A DNA stretch of 64,000 bases, taken from the NCBI GenBank assembly GCA_964035545.1, contig OZ037768.1:18955700-19019699 (forward strand), given 5' to 3'. A program made the position numbers and the translations under genes. How positions within the stretch are numbered: the first letter of the stretch is position 1; every line of letters starts with the position of its first letter. This document shows, one piece after another, positions 1 through 12,568 of the stretch. The notes below the pieces were generated by a model. The model ran no database searches. It was not told where the DNA came from and was given only the letters and a program-made list of their open reading frames with translations. This DNA comes from Bugula neritina (taxonomy: Eukaryota; Animalia; Bryozoa).

Positions 1-66
1 TCACTAACAACATCATATGTCTATGATTATATGACTATATAATATAGTATATACTATAATTTTTAT

Positions 67-112
67 AATACTAATACTAATACTAATAGTAATAGTAATA
101 GTAATAGTAATA
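67..112. repeat. (TAATAC/TAATAG)n hexanucleotide microsatellite
   Basis: ctaatactaatactaatagtaatagtaatag... seen directly. Confidence 0.9.
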
Positions 113-828
113 GTGACCGAGTCAAGTGTCATAATGAAATAAAGAATTTCGCTAGAAGCAGCACTGAGTTGGGGTGACTGAGTACAAAATCTGCGCACAC
201 TTCGTTGTCCAAACTTATAGTCGCCTGATACTGGAAACCCCACCCGAATCGCTCAACCCTACCAGCTCCAAATATGTGCTGCTTCAAGCAAGTTTTGAAA
301 ATAAAACGCACGTGTAATGTTTTAGTAGATGATCTATTCTCTGGTTTTACAGAATGAGAGTGTATTGCTACACCACTCGCTGTACGTATTTTAAAACTAA
401 ACCTGGGTGGTTCCATTTTTTGCTCGTAGCAATGTTTCACTATTTTTACTTAAATAAAGTTTGTTGAACTTCAAGCTCAAATCAATATGAATATGAATAT
501 TATTATCAATATAAATGTAACAATATCATTAAGATCATTCGCTTATAAGTTATAACAGTATTATGCTATAAGAAATATGTGGTCATAGAAAATATTATTT
601 GTACTAGTATAATAAATATAATACTAATACTAATAGTAATAGTAATAATAGTAATATAAATATTATTATTAATATTAATTATTATCCTTATAGTTATTAA
701 TTATTATTAATTTATAATTATTATTTAAATATTAATACAGTATTATTAATAGTAATACTAAGTCTAATACTAATAGTAGCAGTAAATATAATTATAATAA
801 TTATAATTAATACTTATACTTATAGTTA

Positions 829-890
829 TACTAATACTGATACTGATACTGATACTGATACTGATACTGATACTGATACTGATACTGATA
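829..890. repeat. (GATACT)n microsatellite within an AT-rich low-complexity tract (~620-950)
   Basis: About 9 tandem gatact units. Confidence 0.95.
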
Positions 891-977
891 GTATTAGACC
901 TAATATAATCAATATCATTAACTACTATTACTATTGTCTATTACTAATCGTTTACCCAGTATGAGTATTAGACTTAG

Positions 978-1451
978 TGTTATGGTGGGTTTTACTAATG
1001 TTGAGTATTGTAAACTCACCGAATAATATATATAATTTGGCCTTGGGGTGAGCTCGGGGTCGGTATGCAGTTGCGGGTTGATAGCTTGGCTGCGAGGTAA
1101 CTCCAGCTCCTGTCCGTCTGGTAGGGGTGAAGTTGAGACTCCGGGTTAGAGTAGTTGGCTGGTGGTGCTCCTCGGTCTATGGTCCTGAGCTAGCACTCAC
1201 AAACGTACTCTAACACATTCTAATTAAGTTGTATACATTCTATATAAATATTCTCAATTGTTCCTCAATCAGTCTCAAGTCTCTCCATTCTCCCATTTGC
1301 ACTAGGTTATATAGCTACAACACTCACACAAGCCACACCCACGCTATAAGTAATAATAATGTCAAACTTAGAGTTGTGCACCCCACACACATGCAACAAC
1401 AAGAGATGACAACTACGCATATTTATAATACTTATAAATCCAGATATAACA
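978..1451 (-). repeat. 3' LTR (474 bp)
   Basis: Direct repeat of 6343-6816, TG...CA termini; short purine run GACGGAGAA (minus strand) just inside as a weak PPT. Confidence 0.95.
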
Positions 1452-4451
1452 TTCTCCGTCACAATAAAAATTTACAGTTCCACCTGTAAATACTTAACTA
1501 GGGGCATTGCGATTTAAGGATAAATATTGCAGTAACAATGTCAAACTATTAGATATGTAATTACTTTAGGACTACTGGACATATTAGAACTTGCAATATA
1601 TCAGACATTGGGTATAGTTGATATTAATAGACGTATTGGAAATTACTACATACATAATAATCTTTATATAATAGCTGTGAGTGTCTACTAGCCTCACAAC
1701 TGTTTAATAAGGCTGTGGGATTTACTACTACTATTGACCAAGTTATAGAATAGGTAACATACAAGAGAACAGCACAGCAAGAATAAGTTCAACTTCTGTC
1801 TATTGAAAGTTGCAAATTTCCCTTTGTTACCCTTTATAAAATAGAGCCCATCAGACAAAATACTATAGACGCATGTATGCTATATATGTATGTATATAAT
1901 ATATATATATATTTTTTTTTTGTAGCGATTGCATCAATTTCTATTCTTTAAATTAAATGAGTTAGCATGACTTAAGTCTGAATTTCATAGTTAACTAAGC
2001 ATTATAAATTAAATCTTAAAATTAAAAATTATGCAGGGTATAATTAAACTACGTAATTGGTAATGATATATAGCCATTTGTACGTGGGTTGTGGCTGTGT
2101 AGCCCTGTCTTCAAAGAAAGTATCAATTACTATTGTTCTAGATTAATGAGATATTATGAGACATATGCAATTTATTTATAAGCTTACTTCCACATTAAAT
2201 ATAATAAACTTTTAATCTGACAGATGTTGCCAGACTAATTATTTTGGTTAATGACTTATTTAATTCTAAGTAGCCCCTCTTATTAGTATAAAATCAGCAA
2301 GGATTAGCATAATTAGTATAATTTATTCTATATACCATCTTTGTAACTATAGTGGAAAAACTGTAGTCTGCAATGCTATACACACAGTAGTAACAACGGC
2401 CTTGTATTATATTCTGTTTATGTAGCACTAAACTCATATCAGCGTTTACTCTAAACTAATTGTATGTGGGACTTGAACTAAGAAATTATAATTAATTACT
2501 CCTGACTTTTAATATTGGCTGTGGTGACTTACATTTATAAGCTTGTATTCAATGCTAATTCCAACTATATACATATCAAGCACATTATATGGCGTGGGAA
2601 AAGGCTATAACGGAGATTGGAGTATGGTGGTACCATTCTATACCAATGTAATATGTGATTAAGGATTAGAGGTCTACGTAGATAAGTGTATTTACTGGGG
2701 CTAGTATATTTCTTTATAAGGATAAGGCCTAACATAATTAATATAATATGATGGCTGCATGAGCCTGCTGCAAACTAAGATGTATATAAATATGGGGAGA
2801 ATGACAATTGATATAGGCAATAGGCCGAGTATCTTTATCACAATAATAGAAATGTCTACAAAGTAAAATCCAGGACCCAAAAGAGAATGGAAACACCTTC
2901 ATCATACAGAGTTGTGTAATATAATATCTCAAGCAATAATTTCAAGCTGTCTTGCTGGGTAAGGCTTACAGCTCATTAAAGTTTATGTTTGGTCTACTAT
3001 TTCCTAAACTGTCTAGTTTGATTCACTTAGAGCCAGCTATCAGGTTAATTAACAAAACTACTTCCCCTTAGATTATCACTAATTGCTTCCAACCTTCAGA
3101 ACTCAACTATGTCAACATTTTCCTAGAGAATGAAAATTAACCTCTGATTACTGCTCCAGCAGCAAGATGATATCAATTAATAAACACTATGAACCTGTAG
3201 ATTCACAAGACTATGGTTGTCATACATATTGAACTTGTCCAGTTCATTGATAATACACATCAGTTAGAGAGTAATAATGGTATGGTGCAGTAGTCACAGA
3301 CGATGACTAATTACTAGCTTGAGTTTGTCAAGGTATATAGGCCCGCATGGTTGGTAATGAGCTTAATAGATGATTACTTCAAGAGAAAATCTTATAAGGC
3401 GATAAGACGTATTATATATTAATTCGATTAGTAGTTTGACTAAATAGTATTGCACTTAGGTATAAGAAGTTTTAATTAAAGTTAACTAGGGCCATAATCT
3501 GAACAATACGTGGGAGTGACTGAGGCTGCACAGGCGGCAGCTAACACGCCCCATGCGCTGCAGTCACATGTAGCAATGCCAGCCCCCACCGGGCTCGTCT
3601 CCACATGTATCATACTAATAATAGAGCTTATATTCTATTTTTCTCTTGAAGAAGTAATTGCAAACAACATTGATCCCTGGTAACTCTTATATGAGTTTGG
3701 TACGCATAACTACAGTATAATATTTTTTATAGCTAGTTTTATTTATGTTTTCAAATAAGTAAGCTCATACTGGATTACTGTCGTATCATACTAAATAAAG
3801 TCATATATTGTCATACGTGAGGCGCCAGCACAAGTTGTACTTAAATGTGTGTCGTGGCCAGGCAGCAGCAGCGCTTCATTAATAGAAAATTCACAACATA
3901 AAATTATATACATATACCCATCACCAACATATAGGAAGTGGTTAGTATTAATTAGCTAGCATGCAGGATAGCAAAATGCACCAGAGTAATGTGCACTCAG
4001 TCTATTTCATACGTCTATGAATTTTAGTCTAGTCAATGTCAAAGTATAGAGCTCTATGGACGTCCAGTAGTAATTTTTGTTTTTTGCAAGGCCTGTAAAT
4101 TTTGTTGTATTTCCGTACGGATTTATGCATGCTGTCGGTATACCATTATGAAATTTTATATATTCGGTCAGTGTCCCATTTTCTGTAGTGATTCTACGTA
4201 CGTGTTGCCCTACTGACGTGTCGTCGTGGCGATATAAATTATACAATTGTTTTTCGATTCGTTTGTTGTTCGGGACAGTTTGTGTTTAAAAGCGCTTTAT
4301 ATAAATATCGTATGTAGCCTATTTGTTGAAGTAGCCTATATATTATGACAGTATACTGTGTAGCCCTAGTTTTTCGATTGAAGTTTAACGTCATTCTGGA
4401 CGAGCCCTGTAATTCCATAAAATTGTTAGTATATGTGCACATACATTGAAT

Positions 4452-4636
4452 GATGGCCTGCAAGCGTCTAACAGCTCGATAGGCTGGGACTACGGAGTAA
4501 ATAGTATATCGAGTTAGGCATTAGTGGCCTGCACATGTCCAGCAGCCGGATGGGCTGGGACTACGGAGGAAATAGTATATCAAGTTGGGCATTAATGGCT
4601 TGTACATGTCCAACAGCCGGATGGGCTGGGACTATG
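4452..4636. repeat. 71-bp tandem repeat (~2.6 copies) just downstream of gag
   Basis: gctgggacta recurs at 4483, 4554 and 4625 with shared flanks (aaatagtatatc.agtt.ggcatt; catgtcca.cagccggatgg). Confidence 0.85.
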
Positions 4637-4721
4637 AGAAACTAATATGGAGATTTATAGAAACTCTTAGGCTGGCTACATAATGGGCTAGTAATTTAAT
4701 TATATAAATACCTATCTAGAT

Positions 4722-6029
4722 CTAGGTACTGAGGGCTTGTATTTGGGCTAGGATATTGTTATTGTTCAGACTGCCAGGGGGAAGAGGGTCAAGTCTGACA
4801 ATAGCTTTTGAGAAGTATCTCAAAAGCTTGTTGGCCAACCTATAAATGTATTTGGTGTGTGGGCCGAATTTTGGCTTACTCAACTTAGGAAAAATTATTT
4901 TGTAATTTCCAAGTAATAGAATACCGTTATGCCCTTGGGTTTGACATTTAACCCTGCCACTTGAGTAGATGTCTTTACCCAGTTTAAAGATAAAAGTGAC
5001 GCCAAAATAAATGCTTGTGATGGTGTACACCAGGTGTTGTAGAGTAGAGAAAAGCATGTATACAAGAAGATATATGGCTGCTGTCACAGGGTGATTGCAC
5101 ACATTAAATACCTTATCAGAGGCTTTTGAGCTTGAGTGAAGGTTGGTTGTGGCAGTCATCACATCCTGATGAAGGCTTGTAGCTATCTTCTCTTCTGGTG
5201 AGACTTTGCTAGTAGGTCGGACTTGCTCTCCAGTAGCTGAACATGGCGGTGCCGATGGACAGCTGGGGTTGATACCTTCTGCCGCAGTGGCACCGTCTGA
5301 GGTTGCAGGTATCTCCGTTGCTGGGTCGCAGTGCTGGGTGCTTCCGGCAGGTTGTGGGATGGAGAATTTGGACTCAGGGGTCTGGATGTTAGATTCTTCA
5401 TCTGTCGGTCTGCACTCTGAACCTACTTTAGTAATAATACTGGCGCAGATATGGCATTTGGTAGGTTTCCTACTCGGACTGTCCACACTGTGCTTATAGC
5501 AGAGTGAGAACAACTCCTCTATGGTTGGTGGATTTTTAAACCTACCTGCCAGTTGTGGCAGCAAAATGTAACTTAGCTCACGGTTACCTACACCAGTAGC
5601 AAAAGTCTCACCTATAATTGTAAGTTTTGAGCCACTATCTAGCATATATAGATTATTGCCCTCATCGATAACTCTACATAAAAAGTCTTCTGTAGACTCA
5701 TGGGCCCTAATATGGAGGTCTAGGAACTTTTTCATCTTTGTAGAGTGGTTCTTATTAAACTTTTTGTCAAGAACATTAATCAGGGTGTCAAATGAGATTT
5801 GGAAATTTGTAGACCTTACAATGTTCTGATAACTTTGTTTTGCATTACCATAGAGACAAAGGCCTAGGAATTTAATACTTTGCTCATCTGTGAGGTTGAG
5901 AACTTTTGCTCGATAGCTAAAATCAGCTTTGGTTCGATACCAATTGTCAGAAATATCACCAAATTGATGAACAAAAGCCCAACTTTTGGGGCATCTAAAT
6001 AAGTGGCACCAGTCACTACATGTGGCCAT
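4722..6029 (-). CDS. Gag (capsid-like) protein, 435 aa, with Pro/Thr/Ser-rich linker and hydrophobic C-terminal segment
   Basis: Capsid-like pattern W...F..RA..L.L.DE....L.L.L.G.A...Y..I...SF..L...L.KKF, then ESTEDFLCRV...F..G..N..L...PPTIEE; partial knuckle KCHIC; ATG ~300 bp downstream of the PBS. Confidence 0.75.
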   Translation of the reverse strand: MATCSDWCHLFRCPKSWAFVHQFGDISDNWYRTKADFSYRAKVLNLTDEQSIKFLGLCLYGNAKQSYQNIVRSTNFQISFDTLINVLDKKFNKNHSTKMKKFLDLHIRAHESTEDFLCRVIDEGNNLYMLDSGSKLTIIGETFATGVGNRELSYILLPQLAGRFKNPPTIEELFSLCYKHSVDSPSRKPTKCHICASIITKVGSECRPTDEESNIQTPESKFSIPQPAGSTQHCDPATEIPATSDGATAAEGINPSCPSAPPCSATGEQVRPTSKVSPEEKIATSLHQDVMTATTNLHSSSKASDKVFNVCNHPVTAAIYLLVYMLFSTLQHLVYTITSIYFGVTFIFKLGKDIYSSGRVKCQTQGHNGILLLGNYKIIFPKLSKPKFGPHTKYIYRLANKLLRYFSKAIVRLDPLPPGSLNNNNILAQIQALST

Positions 6030-6327
6030 TGTGTGACATAAAATGATATAGGCTATTTATATATGAAATTTGTATGAAATTTGTTTGTGTAAGCCTATGT
6101 ATAGTTAATCATTTTTGCTTGCACAATAAATGATATAGTATTTCCACCCCATATTTAAAACAGACACGTCCTCGTGTCAATTTGTGCACAAATCAACAGT
6201 AAGATAAAAACAAGCCACATGAAAAAAACAAATTGGAAAAAACTAACTGCACGGGACTTCTATGGCAGTCTCAACTAATAAAACACACAGATAGACTGAG
6301 AAACTGGAGCGGTGCACGAGAGCGAAT

Positions 6328-6340
6328 GGCACCTCCACCA
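6328..6340 (-). promoter_or_regulatory. Primer-binding site complementary to the tRNA-Ala 3' end
   Basis: Minus strand reads TGGTGGAGGTGCC two bases after the 5' LTR; it complements ...GGCACCTCCA-CCA, the 3' end of eukaryotic tRNA-Ala. Confidence 0.85.
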
Positions 6341-6342
6341 AA

Positions 6343-6816
6343 TGTTATGGTGGGTTTTACTAATGTTGAGTATTGTAAACTCACCGAATAATATATATAA
6401 TTTGGCCTTGGGGTGAGCTCGGGGTCGGTATGCAGTTGCGGGTTGATAGCTTGGCTGCGAGGTAACTCCAGCTCCTGTCCGTCTGGTAGGGGTGAAGTTG
6501 AGACTCCGGGTTAGAGTAGTTGGCTGGTGGTGCTCCTCGGTCTATGGTCCTGAGCTAGCACTCACAAACGTACTCTAACACATTCTAATTAAGTTGTATA
6601 CATTCTATATAAATATTCTCAATTGTTCCTCAATCAGTCTCAAGTCTCTCCATTCTCCCATTTGCACTAGGTTATATAGCTACAACACTCACACAAGCCA
6701 CACCCACGCTATAAGTAATAATAATGTCAAACTTAGAGTTGTGCACCCCACACACATGCAACAACAAGAGATGACAACTACGCATATTTATAATACTTAT
6801 AAATCCAGATATAACA
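6343..6816 (-). repeat. 5' LTR (474 bp)
   Basis: Identical by eye to 978-1451. Confidence 0.95.
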
Positions 6817-7241
6817 TTAGTAACAAGGACCAACTTTAAGAACAATTCGCTCAACAATACCAAGTTAAATAAAAATAGTCTCAAATTACTGAATTAGTAT
6901 TACTATTACAATGCCAATCTGCATATCAATTAATGAATTATTATTTTAGTGATGCACCACGAGTGCCAGTTTAGCTATCATTAATACAAAACTTATTTCT
7001 TGGGGTTGCCGCAACCAACTACAATACAAATATGAAATTCAATTACAATATGATTGTCTATGTCACTTACTCATACAGTTACTGATCATTCAAATTGTTT
7101 TGATTTAAGTTTGAGCTGCACATTCACTCATAGTCATTATTAAGTGAAAATAAAGGGTGTGACTAAAATGGGTGGCCACCGGTGTCGCGGTCCGTGACAC
7201 CCATTTTAGTTTAGTCATGAGGGAAGCTATAGAAGTACCTG

Positions 7242-7600
7242 TGTTATATCGGGATATGCTGTTTGTAGTTATTGCAACTCACCGAATAATATAATTGGGT
7301 TGTAGCTTTCAGGTGAGCATACAGGCACGAGTTGTTTGACTCGGCTGCGAGGTGACTCCAGCTCCCGTCAGTCTGTAGGGGCATTTGTCTGTGTCTCCGG
7401 GTTGGGGTATTTGTCTGTGTGTGCTCCGCCGTCCGACTTCTTGAGCTAGCACTCACTCACATAGCTTAATACATTCTGCACAATCTTCAATCTCTTCATT
7501 CACGATATCCTTCACTCTCCCTTCTCTTTCTCATACTCACTCCCTTTTATACTTTGCACTTTCATTCAAGCCACACATACACCACACTCACCAATATAAC
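7242..7600 (-). mobile_element. Diverged solo/partial LTR related to the 978-6816 family
   Basis: Starts TGTTAT; shares aactcaccgaataatata, ggctgcgagg.gactccagctcc, tgagctagcactcac and caagccacac with the young LTR, in the same order. Confidence 0.8.
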
Positions 7601-8002
7601 TATATTATTTTAATACTGCAGGTCGTCAAACTCTGCTTTCTAGATAGTAGAGATATGAATTGAAAGTATTTATAATCCTAAACATTAATGATTATGTAAT
7701 TCAAATTGTAGGGAGTAAAGTCTAGCTGTTGCAAAACTAAATGTAAATGTGTCTATTCAGCCTATTGATATGGCTGTCTGATGGTAGGACAATGGCAGTC
7801 TGAAGCCCATACAGATAGCAATTTGCAGACAGCCAATATCTATGCCAGCTAAAGTTAGCCACTAAATGTAATTAATAAATTACCACTACAACACCTGGAG
7901 AAAAACGTATATTTTGATCACTGACCAGGCAAAAAATTAGTTAAAATACAGTTCAACTGTATAATTTAATAGCGCTTGTTGGCCTTTTAGATATTGTCTC
8001 AA

Positions 8003-11000
8003 ATGGATACTCAAAGTATTAAATGGCTAAGATGGGCTTTCAACTGTAAACTTTGGAAGCCAACAGCAGCTGAATGGTTACAAGCTAATAGATGTATACA
8101 AGGGGAAGAAATGCAGCGCATTGAACGGTTCGTGTTTCAATCACCAGCTATAAGTGCAATGGTATGTTTTTATACAAGAAAATGTTTTCATCTTATCTCA
8201 TTCCATGTGATATGCAATTTCAAATAATGCATTTGTGCAAAATTTCAGCTTTAAGGTTTTTATCTATGGTGAAATTTTACTTTAGTTAGCATATTAGTAA
8301 ATTTACTATTGACAAAAGCAATATGGTTTCTGAGCTTGTTTTGTGAAAGAGAGAATGGGAGTAAATATATTTTCCTATTTTCTCTGCAGTGTATGTTAGT
8401 TGATTTGCGGTTGTTTGCATTATGTTTACATATAATAGACAACGTTCATTCATTTGCATTTTAAAAAGTTTATTTTCTAAGATGGGTGTATGCAGCTACC
8501 ACAAAAATATGTTTTATCTACTAAAATAGATAATTGATAGAGCCACTGGCTCAAGGCTAAAAAAAATTGATTTTTCACAAAAGCTTTGATATAATAGTTT
8601 TAAAAACTATGCTTTTTCTAGTTTAAGGGATAGGTATTTACAGATGTTCATCATCTCATCATCATATGTCAAGCAGGTTGACTATCACAGATCTCCGTCT
8701 GCCATTCGTACACATTCTCTATAGCTCATTTTGCTCCAGTCTTTGATATTTTCCATCCATATGACTCCAGGCCTCTCTTTCCTTTGATCTTTGCTTTTAA
8801 TATAGTTCTTTGAATACCATTGTTTCTTATCAAATTTTCAAAATATTGGCATTTTCATTGTACATTAGATTTGATGATTAATCTTTTTATATTTTACATT
8901 TTTACATCTTCATTAGTTTTGTGTTGTGTCCAATATACTCTCATCATTCTTCTACTCACACACTCATTCCTTTAAGTGTGGTCATATAGAAGAATGATGA
9001 AAGTATCCTAGACACAGCACAAAACTAATGAATATATATTATACAGATGTTCATTATATCATATTTGCACCTATACTTGTATATCTTTATAGTCTTTGGA
9101 TTGTCTAAATCTTGTGTTACTCAGGTAGGCAGGCTATTGTTACGGAAAAGTATACAGACTGTTACAAACTTAGAGAACAAGTCAATACACTTTCTTAGAA
9201 CCACCGAGGGTCGACCTTATTTAAAGGATGGAAATGATTTAGATGTAAATGTTTCACATCATGGTGATTGGGTAAGTCCGGTTAGTGTTAGTAATACATA
9301 AGGTTCATCTAATGTAAATACCCTGCATACTGAGCCAAGGCCCAACTGTAGATTTTTTTACACAATTTCTTTGAAAAGAATTGTTGTGGCTGATGAATCA
9401 TACTATAATATTTAGTAGTTTTTTTTTAATATCTTTCATTGTAGTAATTATATGTCCTATATGATATTTCTATTTGCAACAAATAATTTTGGTTGGCATA
9501 AACTGACCAAAAGAATTTTGTTAAATATTTTTTTGTAAATTTTTACTCAAGCATTCACATGGAATATAATTAATTAATTATATTCAATTGTTCTAATAGT
9601 TGATTAATTAATGAATCACAGTATGCTAAAGAGGGCAGGCAACTACTGATGCTTATAGCAGTCTGCATGACTTGGTGTACTTCAAATAGGACTTTTATAC
9701 CTTTGAGAAAAACTGCTTCAGCTATGAAGGAATTTATAGTGCACTTTTATTAGATGCATTTTGCTTACCGTAATGGGCACATTTTGCTATAGTGATAATA
9801 GAAAGTAATTTCATTGAATGGGAGGTTTCTAGTAATAATCAAAAATATGTTTTTTGAACTGCTTTTACAACATTAAATGACTTGCAGAATTTTTCGCAAA
9901 ACATGTTATCTTTAGAACTTTAGAAGCTGCTGGCAATCTGCTCTGTCATTTAATGAAACTACTCAATTTTAGGTGGTCTTAGCCTTAGAAAGAAATCAGG
10001 AAGTAGGAATTGATGTCATGTCTCTGAACCGTCCGATAAACATTTCTATAGAAGAATATTTCCACCTGATGCGCAGGCAGTTCACACCCAGTGAGTGGGA
10101 GCAGATCAAATCAGCAGACAACTCCCTACATGAGTTTTACAGGTGCTCATAATTCTATATGACTTGTTATATTTCACACAGCAGGTGCTTGTTGGTGACA
10201 GCTTAATTACATCTCCTCATTTTTAGAAGCTTATAGCACTACTTGTATTTAACATGGTATTGTAAGGTATTCACCAGAAAAACTATAGGGTTCAAGCCAA
10301 AGCCCTCACGAAATGTTTAATTTAAGAAGTCAAGCCAACACCTCCTTTAAGATTGTCTGCTTTCAGTTGTATTGTGTTGGAGTATTTGCTTGTTTTTGTT
10401 AACTTTCATTTGCAATGAATTTGATATTGCATTTTGAACATACTCTATATGCCATGTGTATAGGTTCTGGTGCCTGAAGGAAAGTTATGTGAAGGCCACT
10501 GGAGTGGGACTCAATTTAGATTTGCAAAAGATTAGCTTCCAAGTAAAAGGTAGATACTAAGGTTTTCTTTTGTTGTGAAGCTTTCTGAATATTGAAACGT
10601 TGACGTACATGGCATTAAGTGATTTTATAGCAATCATTTGTTATAACAAGATAAGAAAAAAAAACTGCTTCTAAATGTTCTTTTTCTCAGTTTCAGATTG
10701 TCTGATTGTAGAAAAGCTGTCTGCCGACTGCTCTGTGATCTCTACAGAGATGAGACTGGATGGTTCTGTTGAGGCCAGTGACTGGCTGTTTGAGGAGAAG
10801 TTGCTGGACTCCAACCACTGTGTAGCTGTTTGCACCAACCCTAGTCCTAGTTCCCTGAGTGTCAGTGCGGTTGGCTCTTCTACAGCCCATTCACTGGATA
10901 ACTATGATACTCTTCAGACTAATCATAGACAAAAGTCGTTTACAGTAATCCCAATATCTGACCTTCTTTCACTAGAAACTATAAACTTTAATGTTGGCAT

Positions 11001-11046
11001 GGATACCTGGAATAATTTTAATAATAAAACCTTTTCTTCCAGGTGA
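8003..11046 (+). CDS. AASDHPPT: Sfp-type 4'-phosphopantetheinyl transferase; exons 8003-8161, 9125-9271, 9973-10142, 10464-10549, 10691(or 10697)-11046; ~305 aa
   Basis: GT-AG introns with consistent phases; motifs RWAFN..W.P...EW, GRLLLR, GRPYL, NVSHHGDWVV, VGIDVM, FYRFWCLKESYVKATGVGL, W.FEE..LD..H.VAV. Confidence 0.95.
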
Positions 11047-12568
11047 TAGGGTTTTACCTGTTTTGTAGTCATTGTGTAAAGTCCAACCTGTTGGGTTTTA
11101 TTAATTGGGAATATTTTTTTTAAATTATGAAAATTAAAGTTATCAAAAGATTTGCTTACAGCAAATTGAATAATGATATTTTTATTAGCTTCAGTTTTAT
11201 TTTGTCGTATGGATCCTAGTTTTTTTACAAACCTTTTTTTGCTGGAAGTTCTCACTAAAATACAAATGCTACATCTTTGTGCATTTTAAATTTTTGCCAT
11301 TATAAAGAACACAAGTTAGTGAAAAGATATGTACACAATGACCTACATTGTTACCTATAATATAATATAATATTTACTTCTACGATCTAAACTAATGATG
11401 TGGGGCTCATTCAAGTTAAACGAAGTTCTCTTTAATATTTCAACTTCAAACAGTATCTAGCACCATGCTGGTCACTTTCTTTAGAATCTTGGCTTGATTC
11501 TGAATTTAAATATTGAAGTTATGGAGACATACTTCAGTTGAAGGATGTGAATAAAGTACATTCAGGCTAGGCCACCGAAAAAAATTAATGAATTTCCACA
11601 AATCGCTAGGTAATGGATTTGTTTCATAGAAGCTGTTAATGCTAGCAGTATCAGTTACAATATTCATACTGTTTAAACTGCATTACCCTGTCACTAATAA
11701 CAATATTCATAATATTATATGAAAATTTAAATTATAATATAATTTAAATTTTAGTCCCTGATACTGAAAATAAATTGAGATAGATTTTGTAACCATATAT
11801 TTTTGGAAAAATAGAAAAAACACTTTCAGTCAACAACTTTCAAGCAAAAACAAGATTAACAGCACTATTTACATAGACACAAAAACAGCAATATTGTTGA
11901 GGGTGCACAAAAACAGCCCAGGATGGAAGATGAGGTTGAAAAACCAACTTTGATAGTGAATAAAACAGCTAAATTTACTGGCTTATTTCAACTTGTTTAA
12001 ACCAAGAGCTGTACCACGAGACTAGCTCCAGAAAGTGGTTCATGTTATAAAATAGAAAATATCAAAATCAAATGAAAAACTAATAAGGCCTCAGAAAAAA
12101 ACTATTTAGAGCCTAAAACTGCAAGGTAATTTAAATCAATTTTGAATGAGCTTAGTGTTACAGATTTTAAATTTGAGATTTAAAAGTTAAAAAATTTGTA
12201 ATTAGGCACATGTCAGAAATTAGAGAGAAGACAACTTGTGGGCAGATCTATGCCACAAAATATATTAATATAATATAATAATAATAATATATTATGCATT
12301 TATATGCGTGTGGGCGTGTGTATAAATTTCCCGAAAAACTATGCAATATTTGGATTTAAGAAAGATATATCCTGTAAAATTAATTAGTAATTTATAAATA
12401 AAATTCAGGCAATCAAAGTGATTCAAGATATGTTGCACAATATTATAGTATATAACTATCACAGTGTATAAAAATAAAACTATGAATATATTAATTTCTA
12501 TATAAGAAAGAATTTACTCAAAAACATCGAAAGTGCTCAACAGAGAACACTACGGGAAAGAATATTGT

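Larger units (their letters stand above)
978..6816 (-). mobile_element. Non-autonomous, gag-only LTR retrotransposon (Ty3/Gypsy-like), recent insertion
   Basis: Two apparently identical 474-bp LTRs (978-1451, 6343-6816) with TGTTAT...ATAACA ends; 4-bp TSD TTAG (974-977, 6817-6820); PBS at 6328-6340; single gag-like ORF; no protease/RT/RNaseH/integrase ORF in the 4.9-kb interior. Confidence 0.92.

Noticed and set aside
120-440. 103-aa ORF with vague similarity to 43440-44160
   Set aside because: Only short shared words; no family could be assigned
1229-1489. ORFs inside the LTRs (1229-1489, 6594-6839)
   Set aside because: Non-ATG starts, antisense to the element, no recognisable domain; duplicated only because the LTR is duplicated
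4007-4463. Possible env or second gene in the gag-only element
   Set aside because: Two short TTG-start ORFs with no signal peptide, furin site or TM anchor
10686-10696. Tandem acceptors ctcAG/tttcAG in AASDHPPT
   Set aside because: Both are in frame and differ by two residues in a variable region; commonplace
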